From Vineibacter sp. (GTDB lineage Bacteria > Pseudomonadota > Alphaproteobacteria > Reyranellales > Reyranellaceae): a stretch of DNA of 64,000 bases. Under the pieces are notes generated by a model. The model searched no databases. It was not told the DNA's origin and saw nothing but the letters and a program-made list of their open reading frames with translations. This document shows, piece by piece, positions 1 to 10,390 of the stretch; the first letter of the stretch is position 1, and the number at the start of each line of letters is the position of its first letter. A program made the translations under genes and the position numbers. The stretch spans positions 6,035 through 70,034 of the forward strand of contig DATFGV010000359.1 in NCBI GenBank assembly GCA_035249115.1. Direction: 5' to 3'.

Positions 1-397
1 TGACCTGAACGCCGGGCGGATCCTCGTTCATCAGCGCCAGGGGCGTATAGCTCGACGGCGTCAACTCGGTCAGGCCCTGCCAGTGCATCATGGCGATCTC
101 GACCGTGATGATGCCCAGTGAGTAGCCGTCGGCGGCAGCTGTCGCGATCGCCGAATGGCCGACCACGCCGGAGCCACCGGTGCGGTTGACGACGTTGAAA
201 GGTTGCTTGAATTCCTGCTCGAGCAGCGAGGCGACGATGCGCACGGTGGCATCGGTGCCGCCGCCGGCGGCCCAGGGGCAGATCAGGGTCACCGGGCGGC
301 TGGGGTAGGCAGCCTGCGCCAGGGACGGGCCGGCGCCGGCGAGCGCGCCCAAAGCGGCGGCGCTGCCCAGTGCCCCGCGGCGTGTCAATCCTGTCAT
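1..397 (-). CDS. Tripartite tricarboxylate transporter substrate-binding protein (Bug/TctC), runs off the window edge
   Basis: Manual translation MTGLTRRGALGS...AYPSRPVTLICPWAAGGGTD...VVNRTGGSG matches the Bug family signature; Tat-like RR; GGAG upstream. Not in the ORF track. Confidence 0.88.
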   Translation of the reverse strand, partial: MTGLTRRGALGSAAALGALAGAGPSLAQAAYPSRPVTLICPWAAGGGTDATVRIVASLLEQEFKQPFNVVNRTGGSGVVGHSAIATAAADGYSLGIITVEIAMMHWQGLTELTPSSYTPLALMNEDPPGVQV

Positions 398-482
398 GGC
401 ATCTCCTCTCTTCGAGCGAACTAGGTGTCGGCCGCTTGAGCGGCCTTAGGTCAAGCTACAGGTCTGGCCGCTGTGCGACGAC

Positions 483-557
483 TGGCTGGGGCGCCAGGAT
501 TCGAACCTGGGTATGGCGGAATCAAAATCCGCTGCCTTACCGCTTGGCTACGCCCCA
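483..557 (-). tRNA. tRNA-Gln(TTG)
   Basis: Reverse complement TGGGGCGTAGCCAAGCGGTAAGGCAGCGGATTTTGATTCCGCCATACCCAGGTTCGAATCCTGGCGCCCCAGCCA: cloverleaf, TTG anticodon, GTTCGAATC T-arm, encoded CCA. Confidence 0.97.
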
Positions 558-893
558 CCATCGACCCTGTCGGCGCGCGGATATCGCTGATTGGCGCCGC
601 TTCGCCGCCGCCGCGGGGCCACGACCTCCGCCCCGCCGCTGGCGGGCGCACTGGTATCCTACATCGTCGACCGCCTCAAGGGCGTCGCCGGCGCGATGGC
701 TTTCGGCCGCCAACCGCCGCGAGCCGTTGACCGTCGCCCGCGATGCCGTCAGGCTGCCGCGATCTGCCGGCGGCCCCTCGCCAAGGGGTTAATGTCCGGC
801 ACGGCCAAACGCAGTGGAGGCTTCGATCGCGTAGTCCCAGTTCCATCGTGTCGCGTTCGGCCAAACAACCATAATCATTGGGAGGCGACGTCC

Positions 894-2525
894 ATGTCCG
901 ACGAGGCGACGAAATCAGGCTCCGAACTCAACCGGCGAGCGTTTCTGGCCAGCACCACGGCCCTGGCGGGCGCCGCCGCGGCCGGCTTCCCGGTGTTTGC
1001 CCAGGCCCAGGGAAAGAAACGTCATCCGCAGCGCGGCGGCACCATGCGCTTCGGCACCCGCGATGATTCGATCGCGCTCGATACCCATCGCAACATCATC
1101 TACTTCGTCTCCCATCCGCTAACGGGCATCACCGGCGGACTTGTCGATTTCGACGACAAGATGCAACCCAAACCGGGCGTCGCCGAATCGTGGGACGCCT
1201 CGTCCGACCTCATGACCTGGACGTTCAAGCTCCGGCGCGGCGCGGAGTACCACAACGCGCAGACGATCGACGCGGAGTCGGTGAAGTGGAACGTCGAGCG
1301 CATCAAGGACCCGAAGACCAGCCACGCCTTCACGCGCTCGGTCCTGGCTGACGTCGATCGCGTCACGGTGGATGACAAGCACACCATCCGCTTCCATCTC
1401 AAGGAGCCGCACGCCGCGCTCGACATCAACCTGATCTACTACCCGGTGAACCTGATGGCGCCGGGCGCGGTCGACACGGTCGACACCCATCCGGTCAATT
1501 GCGGTCCGTTCAAGTTCAAGTCGTGGCGGCGGCTCGACGTGTGCGAGCTGGTCCGCTTCGAGAATTTCTACGAGACGGACTCCGAGGGCAATTCGCTGCC
1601 CTATCTCGACGCCCTGGTCGGCCGGCCGAAGAAGGAGGATCGCGTCCGCCTGACGGCGCTGCGCACGGGCGAGCTCGACCTCATCGACAACGTCGCCTAT
1701 GCCGACGCGCCGGCCTTCAAGAAGGAGCATGGCAAGACGTTCGACACCTGGAACGTGCCCCAGGTCGGTACGGCGATGATGTTCTTCAACCTCAAGAACG
1801 GGCTGTTGTCGGAGAAGGACAATCCGGACGCCCATCTGCTGCGCCAGGCGATCGCCCACGCCATCGACCATGAGGGCATTCACCAGGCGGTGTTCAACGG
1901 CATCGGCGAGATCTCGAAGGGCTTCTACAGCTCCGCCAGCCCCTGGCATTCCAAGGATATCGAGAGCTGGCCGAAGTTCGATCCCGACAAGGCCAAAGCG
2001 TTGCGCAAGAAGGCCAAGGGCGGCGACGAGAAGTTCAGCATCATCGCCAACGACACCTTCCCCTACATGCAGCAGTCGGGCGAACTCGTGCACGCCATGT
2101 TGAAGGACGCGGGCTTCAACGCCGTGCTGGAGATCCTGCCGGGGCCGGTGATGCTGGAGAAGCAGAACAAGGGCGACTACCACATCGACTCGACGGCCAA
2201 CTCCTACCGCCTCGACCCGGACGGCTGGTACGGCCGCAACATCCTGTCGACCGCGCCGGAAAACCGCCGCCGCATCGGCTACAAGAACGATAAGGCCGAC
2301 CAGATCATCCTGGCGGCCCGCAAGGAGCGCGACCGGGCCAAGCGCAGGCTGATGTACGCCGACGTCGAGACGCTGGTGAACCGCGACCTGCCGATGCTCT
2401 ACACGCACTTCGTGCCGCTGATGATGGCCGGCAACCGCAGCCGCGTGAAGGGCTTCAACGTGTCCTACTCGGGACCCTGGAGCTACGCGGGCGCCGGTCT
2501 GCGGCGCGCCTGGATCGAAGGCTGA
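894..2525 (+). CDS. ABC transporter substrate-binding protein, family 5 (Dpp/Opp type), Tat signal
   Basis: LNRRAFL Tat motif, AESW...WTFKLR, GPFKF; start moved to ATG 894 after GGAGG. Confidence 0.9.
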   Translation: MSDEATKSGSELNRRAFLASTTALAGAAAAGFPVFAQAQGKKRHPQRGGTMRFGTRDDSIALDTHRNIIYFVSHPLTGITGGLVDFDDKMQPKPGVAESWDASSDLMTWTFKLRRGAEYHNAQTIDAESVKWNVERIKDPKTSHAFTRSVLADVDRVTVDDKHTIRFHLKEPHAALDINLIYYPVNLMAPGAVDTVDTHPVNCGPFKFKSWRRLDVCELVRFENFYETDSEGNSLPYLDALVGRPKKEDRVRLTALRTGELDLIDNVAYADAPAFKKEHGKTFDTWNVPQVGTAMMFFNLKNGLLSEKDNPDAHLLRQAIAHAIDHEGIHQAVFNGIGEISKGFYSSASPWHSKDIESWPKFDPDKAKALRKKAKGGDEKFSIIANDTFPYMQQSGELVHAMLKDAGFNAVLEILPGPVMLEKQNKGDYHIDSTANSYRLDPDGWYGRNILSTAPENRRRIGYKNDKADQIILAARKERDRAKRRLMYADVETLVNRDLPMLYTHFVPLMMAGNRSRVKGFNVSYSGPWSYAGAGLRRAWIEG

Positions 2526-2541
2526 ACCGGCGGGCCGGGCG

Positions 2542-3492
2542 ATGCTCGCCTACACCCTGCGCCGCATCGCCCAGCTCATCCCCGTCCTGCTGGTGTTGAG
2601 CATGGCGGTGTACGGCTTTGTCGAGGCGCTGCCGGGCTCCATCGTCGACACGCTGGTCGGCACCGAGGGCGGCGATATCGAGGAAGCGCGTGCCATCCTC
2701 ACGAAGGAGTACGGCCTCGACCGGCCGGTCCACGAACGCTACGCGCTGTGGCTCAGCCGGGTGGTTCAAGGCGACTTCGGCAAGTCCCTGGTCACCCGGC
2801 GGCCAATCTCGACCGAGCTGCTGAGCCGCATCCCGGCCACGGTCTATCTGGCCACGGTCGGGATCGTGCTCTCCATGGTGATCGCGATTCCGCTCGGCAC
2901 CTTCGCCGCCGTGCGCCGCAACTCCGCGGTCGACTACAGCGCGCAGTTGACTTCGCTCGCCGGCATCTCGATCCCCGAGTTCTGGTTCGCGATCCTCTGC
3001 GTGCTGCTGTTCTCGCTCTACCTCGGCTGGCTGCCGTCCTCCGGATATGTCAGCCCGTTCGAGGATTTCTGGGGCAGCCTGCAGTTCCTCATCCTGCCGG
3101 CGGCCGCCATCGGCTTCCGGCAGGCGGCGTTCACCACCCGGCTGACGCGCTCTTCCATGCTCGACGAACTCAGCAAGGAGTACGTCGACACCGCGCGTGC
3201 CATGGGCCTGCCCGAGCGGCGCGTCATCTTCCGCTACACGCTGCGCAACGCCATGATCCCGACCATCACCATCTCGGGCCTGCAGCTCGCCAACCTGCTC
3301 GGCGGCACGGTGGTGCTGGAATCGATTTTTGCCTGGCCCGGTATCGGCCGCGCCATCTTCGAGGCGATCCTGCAGCGCGACTACCCGCTGATCCAGGCGG
3401 GCGTCCTCGTGCTCGGCGCGATCGTCGTCTTCATGAATCTGCTGGTCGACCTGACCTACAGGCTGCTCAATCCGCGCGTCAAGTTCGCCTAG
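2542..3492 (+). CDS. Peptide/nickel ABC permease (DppB type)
   Basis: GDFGKS, EYVDTARAMG, FAWPGIG, RDYPLIQ motifs. Confidence 0.92.
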   Translation: MLAYTLRRIAQLIPVLLVLSMAVYGFVEALPGSIVDTLVGTEGGDIEEARAILTKEYGLDRPVHERYALWLSRVVQGDFGKSLVTRRPISTELLSRIPATVYLATVGIVLSMVIAIPLGTFAAVRRNSAVDYSAQLTSLAGISIPEFWFAILCVLLFSLYLGWLPSSGYVSPFEDFWGSLQFLILPAAAIGFRQAAFTTRLTRSSMLDELSKEYVDTARAMGLPERRVIFRYTLRNAMIPTITISGLQLANLLGGTVVLESIFAWPGIGRAIFEAILQRDYPLIQAGVLVLGAIVVFMNLLVDLTYRLLNPRVKFA

Positions 3493-3502
3493 GGGACCGG
3501 CG

Positions 3503-4450
3503 ATGTCCGAACTCGAAGCTGACAAGCTGGTCAACGGCACTCTGGCCTGGCGCGCGCCGCCGGCGCCGCCGCTCGGCCGGCGCATCGCCACTGCGATCTC
3601 GAACGCCTGGTACGAGTTGCGCAAGAGCCGGACCGCCTCGATCGGCGCGGTCATGCTGGTGCTGCTGTTCGGCGCCTGCATCCTCACGCCGTGGATCGCC
3701 ACGCACGATCCGATCAAGCAGAACTACCGCGCGCGGCTCGCGCCGCCTTCGGAGAAGCACCTGCTCGGGACCGACCGACTGGGCCGCGACATCTACTCGC
3801 GCCTGCTCTACGGCGGGCGGCGGCTGGTGACCATTGCCGTCGTGGCGGTCGCGCTCTCGCTGTTGGTGGGTGTGCCATTCGGCGTGTTGGTCGGTTACTT
3901 CGGCGGTCTCGCCGACACCATAGGCATGCGCATCGTCGATGGGCTGCTCGCTTTCCCGGGCTTGCTGCTTTATCTCCTGTTCGTGACGGTTGCCCAGGCC
4001 TGGAAATTCGAGGGCATGATGCTCGACGCCGTGCTGGTGGGCGCGCTTGCTCTTGCCGGTATGCCTGAGAAAGCGCGGCTCGCGCGCGGCTCGGTGCTGG
4101 CCGAGAAACAGAAGGAGTATGTCGAGGCTTCGCGCGCCGTGGCCGATTCCCCGGCGCGCATCGCGCTCGCCCAGGTGCTGCCCAACATCGTCTCGCCGCT
4201 GATCGTGACGGCCACGGTGCGGCTGGGCTTCGTCATCCTGATCGTGGCGGCGCTGTCGTTCCTCGGGCTTGGCACGCCGCCGCCGACGCCGGACTGGGGC
4301 GCCGACCTCAGCGCCGCGCGCGACTACATGGAAACCCATCCGCTGATCGCGGCCTTCCCGGGACTCGCCATCTGCTACACGGTGCTGGCCTTCAACCTGT
4401 TCGGTGACGGCCTGCGCGACATCCTCGACCCGCGCATGGCCGAGCGGTAA
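3503..4450 (+). CDS. Peptide/nickel ABC permease (DppC type)
   Basis: HLLGTDRLGRD, EYVEASRA, LSFLGLG...PDWG, NLFGDGLRD motifs. Confidence 0.92.
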   Translation: MSELEADKLVNGTLAWRAPPAPPLGRRIATAISNAWYELRKSRTASIGAVMLVLLFGACILTPWIATHDPIKQNYRARLAPPSEKHLLGTDRLGRDIYSRLLYGGRRLVTIAVVAVALSLLVGVPFGVLVGYFGGLADTIGMRIVDGLLAFPGLLLYLLFVTVAQAWKFEGMMLDAVLVGALALAGMPEKARLARGSVLAEKQKEYVEASRAVADSPARIALAQVLPNIVSPLIVTATVRLGFVILIVAALSFLGLGTPPPTPDWGADLSAARDYMETHPLIAAFPGLAICYTVLAFNLFGDGLRDILDPRMAER

Positions 4451-4469
4451 CGCCCAAATAGGATGCGCC

Positions 4470-4884
4470 GCTGCTTGCTCGCATCCTGCACCGCGACGTG
4501 GCCCACCCCGCCGTAACGCAGAATGTCCCTGTCCGCGGCCAGCAGGGGCACGCCGACATACCGTGACGAGGCGATGATGATCCTTTCGGCGGGATCGGCG
4601 TGGACGTCGCCGGGAAGCCGGACGCTATCGACCGCGATTGCGGGCAGCAAGGGCGTAAGACGCACGCCCGGCAGCGCCAGCGCCGCTTCGAGCCACGCCC
4701 CCACTTCCTTGCCGAGCGTGACGCGACCTTTGTGCGCCAGCAGCGCGATCTCCCAAGGGGTAGTCGCCGACGCGTGCAACGCGTCCATGGCCGCCGCGGC
4801 GTCGATCGCCTCCCGGGCGCGCCTGCCCAACCGCCCATCGTCCTGAACCGCTCAGATCAGGACGTGGGTATCAACCAGCACCAC
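4470..4884 (-). pseudogene. vapC: VapC/PIN-domain toxin pseudogene
   Basis: GTG-VLVDTHVLI, then TGA (4852-4854), then in-frame AVQDDGRLG...WEI...HADPAER...AAD. The TGA sits where Trp usually follows DTHxLI. 3' end approximate. Confidence 0.8.
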
Positions 4885-5097
4885 GAACCGCGTTCCACGC
4901 GCGCGAGTCGGTGGCCGGACTGAATGGATCGTCGAAGCGTAGCACCGAGCCACGCATGGCGCCGATGATGCTGCGCCGCTTCGTCCGCTCCCGCACCGGC
5001 GTCAGCACAGCGACCGGCTTACCGCGCTTGGTGATCGTGACAGGTTCTCGATCGCGGCTGACCTGGTCGATGACGCGCAGGCACGCCGGAGCTGGCA

Positions 5098-5098
<1 letters not shown>
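4871..5098 (-). CDS. Phd/YefM-family antitoxin, apparently N-terminally shortened
   Basis: CLRVIDQV...EPVTITKRGKPVAVLTP core; ATG overlaps the upstream ATPase stop (TGATG). Confidence 0.75.
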
Positions 5099-6100
<1,002 letters not shown>

Positions 6101-6114
<14 letters not shown>

Positions 6115-7075
6115 GCAGGTGGCAGGCGGCAAAGTGACCGGGCGCGACTTCCCGCAAGCGCGGGACTTCGCGCCGACAGACGTCCATGGCGTGGGCGCAG
6201 CGCGGGTGAAACTTGCAGCCCGACGGTGGCGCCATCATGTTGCACACCGTTCCCTGGATCGGCGTCAGGTATTTGGCCTGCGTGTCCATGCGCGGAATCG
6301 AGTTCAGCAGACCGACCGTGTAGGGGTGCTGCGGTCGTCGGAAAATGTCGCCCTTGGCGCCGAGCTCGACGATATGCGAAGCGTACATCACGCCGATGGC
6401 ATCGCAGGCGTGTGCCACGACACCAAGATTGTGGGTGATGAAGATCAGCGACATGCCGAAGCGCTCGATCATGCTGCTGATCAACTCAAGGATGGTGGCC
6501 TGGATGGTGACGTCGAGCGCCGTGGTCGGCTCGTCGGCGATCAGGAAATTCGGATTGCAGCTCAGCGCCATCGCCAGCATCACCCGCTGGCGCATGCCGC
6601 CGGAGAACTCGTGCACGTAGCTGTCCAGCCGCCGCCGTGGCGAGGGAATGCCGACCAGGGACAACAATTCGACCACCCTTTCGCGCGCGTCCTTGCGCGA
6701 CAGGCCGAGATTGGTGCGCAACGCATCGGAAATCTGATCGCAAACCGTGAACACCGGGTTAAGCGCGCTCATCGGTTCCTGGAACACCATGGCGATGCGA
6801 CGTCCCCGAAGCGCGCGCATTTCCGCGTCGTTCAGCGCCAGCACATCACGGCCTTCGAACATGACGCGGCCGCGGACGATCTCGCCCGGCGGGACTGGAA
6901 TCAGCCGCATGATGGCGCGCGCCGTCACCGACTTGCCGGAGCCTGATTCGCCCACAAGCCCGAAGGTCTGCCCCCGTTGCACGGCAAACGACACGCCGTC
7001 GACGGCCGTCAGCTCGCCACGCTTCAGGCGGAAGCGCACCGTCAACTCGTTGAGCTCGAGGACCGGCTCGGCCAT
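6101..7075 (-). CDS. Oligopeptide/dipeptide ABC ATPase (DppD type)
   Basis: GESGSGKS, FSGGMRQR, DEPTTALD, CKFHPRC. Confidence 0.93.
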
Positions 7076-7235
7076 CACCCATCCCGCTCGACGCGCCTTC
7101 GCTTCGGCGGGCACCGCGCGGGCGGGCATGCCGTTCAGTCAAAGACCACGCTTACGATCGGTTTTTTTCTCCCTGTCGGGAGTCAGCCTACAAGCTGTCG
7201 CGTCGACGGCGCAACACCGGGTGGACCGGCCGATC

Positions 7236-7742
7236 TCAGGAAGGCGCCTTCAGCAGCGCGCCGGCCACAAAGCTGCCGTCGGCGTAGAGCAATGGCAGGT
7301 GGGCGCCATCAAGGCAGACGTCGACGATCTCGCCGATAACAATGGTGTGCGTGCCCGCCACGGCCGTCGACACGACCTTGCAGTCGAACGTCACGGGGCA
7401 CTCGCCGAGCACCGGTGCACCCGTCGTCAAGGTGCGCCACGCCCCCATGTCCTCGAAGCGCGCGTCACCCTCGATCCCATCCATGCCGGCAAAGCGTTCG
7501 GCGATCTTCTGGTGCGCCGGCGCCAGGACGTTCACCGCGAAGATTCGGCTGGCGACAATCAGGGGATGGGCGCTGGCCTCGCGATTGACGCAGACCAGCA
7601 ATTGCGGCGGCTCGGCCGAAACGGAGCACACGGCGGTGGCCGTGAGGCCGCCCCGCTCCGCGCCTAGCCGCGTCGTTATCAGGCAGACGCTGGCGGCGAG
7701 ATGGCGCATGCCTCTCTTGAACGCGCCGGTATCGATGCTCAT
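7236..7742 (-). CDS. Flavin reductase family protein (HpaC/RutF-like)
   Basis: GLTATAVCSVSAEPP, FAVNVL, GTHTIVIG. Confidence 0.88.
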   Translation of the reverse strand: MSIDTGAFKRGMRHLAASVCLITTRLGAERGGLTATAVCSVSAEPPQLLVCVNREASAHPLIVASRIFAVNVLAPAHQKIAERFAGMDGIEGDARFEDMGAWRTLTTGAPVLGECPVTFDCKVVSTAVAGTHTIVIGEIVDVCLDGAHLPLLYADGSFVAGALLKAPS

Positions 7743-8168
7743 CCGCGGGTTTCCGCAACGAAATGCCGTGACTGTCATGGAACCACGGACGGGGCAGCGC
7801 TGTCATTGGCCGAAGTGTACCGCGTGTCGGAGCCGCGAGAGCCATCGGCGTGCCACGGCCGGTGGCGTCCGGCGATGCCCACCGCTGTAGAGATCGGCAA
7901 TCGCACGCCCCCGTCCGTCTCGACGTGACTTCTTTCGCCGTGGCGCTTTTGGTGCGCATGCCTTGGCCCGAGCGCCATTCGAAAGCGACTTTGTCGCAGG
8001 CGCGGCAATTGACGGCGCAGCCCCGTTGCAGCCACCTGTCGCCCGTCAGGTGCGACCCGCCATCACCTCCGGAGCGCAGAGGGTGTCCCGCGCCGGTGCA
8101 AGTACGTACCCCTACATATTGTATGCGACGCTGAGCGGAAGACAAATTGTGCGGTCGGCATGTTCGGA

Positions 8169-8197
8169 AGGCAACAAAACCGTCATTTGTTTGTCAC
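8169..8197 (+). promoter_or_regulatory. Pho-box-like tandem repeat
   Basis: AGGCAAC-AAAA-CCGTCAT-TTGT-TTGTCAC, 11-bp period resembling CTGTCAT, ending 26 bp before the CHAD start. Confidence 0.55.
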
Positions 8198-8223
8198 TGA
8201 GGCGCATGCTGGGATGCCCAACC

Positions 8224-9195
8224 ATGGATTTTGCCGCCGTCCAGCCTGACGACCGCGAAGCGACGGATGACCTGCAAGATCTGGCGCGACGGTCGCTGGC
8301 GTCGTGTCACGCGGACCTGCTGACGGCACGTCTGAGCGTGCTCTCGACACGTGACCCGGCCGGCATCCACGGCGTTCGCGTGGCGCTGCGACGGCTGCGC
8401 GCGGCCCTCAAGCTGTTCGAGACCGCGCTGCCGCGCGACATCGCGCCTGCCCTGCGCCGCGACGCCAAGCAACTGGCCGACAACTGCGGGCCGACTCGCG
8501 ACCTCGACGTGTTCCTGGCTGGCACCATGGCGGAACTGGAGTCGTTCCTGGCGGACCGGTCCGACATGAGCGCCGAGCTGCGGGCCCTGCGGGCCGCGGC
8601 GCTGCGCTTGCGCCGGGCACGCCACGACGCCGTGCGCGATGTGCTGCAAGGGGAGGTCTTTGCCGTCTTCGAAGTGCGGCTTGGTGAATTGCTGGCCGGA
8701 GCGACACGACGCGTGCCGGGCGGGACCGAGACAGGGCCGTCACCGACGCCCGCCGCCTTTGCGCACCACGCCTTGCAGCGGCGCCATCGCAAGCTGAGAC
8801 GGAGCCTCAAACGCCTTGGCGATCTCGATGCTAACCAGCGGCACGCGGTGCGCTTGCAGGTCAAGCGACAGCGCTATGCCGCCACCTTCCTGGCCGATCT
8901 CTTTGACCCCAAGGCGGCGAACGCCTATATCCGGTCGGCGACCAATCTTCAGGAAGCGCTGGGATTGGCCAACGACCGGGTGGTGGCGGCGCGGATCGTG
9001 GCCGACATCAGGTCCTCGGCCCGGACTGCCGGACGGCTGGATTGGATCACCGGCGTGTTGGACGGCGTGCTTGCGGCACGGACCCAACAGCACGCCGGCG
9101 GCGATCGCTGCGTCCGGCGGGCCGCACGGCGCTTCGTCAAGGCGGCCCGCTTCTGGCGGCGCGGCCGGCGCGACGGGGACGGAGAGACGGAATGA
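8224..9195 (+). CDS. CHAD domain protein (polyphosphate-binding family)
   Basis: IHGVRVALRRLRA, RDLDVF, HAVRLQVKRQRY, LQEALGLAND motifs. Confidence 0.88.
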   Translation: MDFAAVQPDDREATDDLQDLARRSLASCHADLLTARLSVLSTRDPAGIHGVRVALRRLRAALKLFETALPRDIAPALRRDAKQLADNCGPTRDLDVFLAGTMAELESFLADRSDMSAELRALRAAALRLRRARHDAVRDVLQGEVFAVFEVRLGELLAGATRRVPGGTETGPSPTPAAFAHHALQRRHRKLRRSLKRLGDLDANQRHAVRLQVKRQRYAATFLADLFDPKAANAYIRSATNLQEALGLANDRVVAARIVADIRSSARTAGRLDWITGVLDGVLAARTQQHAGGDRCVRRAARRFVKAARFWRRGRRDGDGETE

Positions 9196-10376
9196 GCGAG
9201 GCGGCGGAAGAGCGTATCCCGGTGTCGGTGCTGACCGGGTTCCTGGGCAGCGGCAAGACGACGGTGTTGCGCGAACTGCTGCGCAAGCCGGAGATGGGCG
9301 ACACGGCCGTCATCATCAATGAATTTGGCGAGATCGGGCTCGACCACCAGCTGGTCGAGAAGTCCGACGAGGACGGGCTGGTGACGCTCAACAGCGGCTG
9401 CCTGTGCTGCACGGTGCGCGGCGACCTGGTGCGCACCATGAGCGAGCTTTACCTCAAGCGGTCACGCGGCGAGATCACCCCGTTCAAGCGCATGGTGGTC
9501 GAAACCACGGGACTGGCCGATCCGGCGCCGATCCTGCACACCCTGATGACCGATCCGTTGCTCGCCTCGCGTTTCCGAATGGACGGTGTCGTGACCACGG
9601 TCGACGCCGTCAACGGCGCCGGCACGCTGGACAACCACGCCGAATCGGTGAAACAGGCGGCGGTCGCGGATCGGCTGCTGGTGACCAAGGCCGATATCGC
9701 GAGCCAAAGCCAGATCGAGGCCCTGCGTGGCCGGCTGCACATGCTCAATCCCGGCGCGCCGCTGCTGAACGTCAAGCATGGCGAGGTTTCGCCGGCCGAT
9801 GTGATGAACGCCGGCCTGTACAACCCCGAGACCAAGACCGCCGATGTCAAGCGCTGGCTGCGCGAGGAAGCCTATCTGGCTGAGCATGATGCGCATGGCC
9901 ACCATCATCACGGCGACGGCCACCACCACGATCACGACCATCACCACGGCGCCAAGGCCAGCAGCGGTTCGCCCGATGATCCGTTCGCCGGCCCGGGCCC
10001 CGATGACGCCAACGCCCATCGCGACCAGGATCCGCACGACATCAATCGCCACGACGATCGCGTACGCTCGTTCTGCCTGGTGTTCGACAAGCCGCTGCCC
10101 TGGGCGACGATCGCCGCCGCCTTCGACGCCCTGGTAACCTACCGCGGTCCCGACCTGCTGCGCATCAAGGGCATCCTCAACGTCACCGACAGCGACAAAC
10201 CGGTGGTGGTGCACGGCGTGCAGCACGTCTTCCACCCGCCGGCGGTGCTGGAGAAGTGGCCGGACGACGACCGCCGCACGCGCATCGTGTTCATCACGCG
10301 CGACATCCCCGAAAGCACGATCCGCAAGGTGTTCACGTCGTTCATCGAGACGTCGGACAAGTGGGCGCAGGCCTGA
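9192..10376 (+). CDS. COG0523/CobW-family G3E GTPase metallochaperone with His-rich insert
   Basis: LTGFLGSGKTT, NEFGEIGLD, GCLCC, ETTGLADP, poly-His tract, RIKG CobW_C region; ATGA overlap with CHAD. Confidence 0.92.
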   Translation: MSEAAEERIPVSVLTGFLGSGKTTVLRELLRKPEMGDTAVIINEFGEIGLDHQLVEKSDEDGLVTLNSGCLCCTVRGDLVRTMSELYLKRSRGEITPFKRMVVETTGLADPAPILHTLMTDPLLASRFRMDGVVTTVDAVNGAGTLDNHAESVKQAAVADRLLVTKADIASQSQIEALRGRLHMLNPGAPLLNVKHGEVSPADVMNAGLYNPETKTADVKRWLREEAYLAEHDAHGHHHHGDGHHHDHDHHHGAKASSGSPDDPFAGPGPDDANAHRDQDPHDINRHDDRVRSFCLVFDKPLPWATIAAAFDALVTYRGPDLLRIKGILNVTDSDKPVVVHGVQHVFHPPAVLEKWPDDDRRTRIVFITRDIPESTIRKVFTSFIETSDKWAQA

Positions 10377-10390
10377 GCGGCGGCGCTCCG

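Noticed and set aside
591-893. Long N-terminal extensions in the ORF track (also 7963, 9042, 32903, 47821)
   Set aside because: Low-complexity extensions; downstream ATGs with SD sites or gene coupling match family starts
483-900. tRNA-Gln as an island integration site
   Set aside because: No integrase and no duplicated tRNA 3' end seen; flanking genes look native
1119-2408. Long antisense and alternative-frame ORFs here and throughout (e.g. 13316-15343, 53051-55516)
   Set aside because: Shadow ORFs of high-GC genes: they overlap well-supported CDSs and carry no motifs
4852-4854. TGA read as Trp or Sec (alternative genetic code)
   Set aside because: TGA ends many clear genes in the window, and other lesions point to pseudogenisation
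9880-9960. CAC/CAT tandem repeats as an array
   Set aside because: They encode the His-rich linker typical of COG0523 proteins
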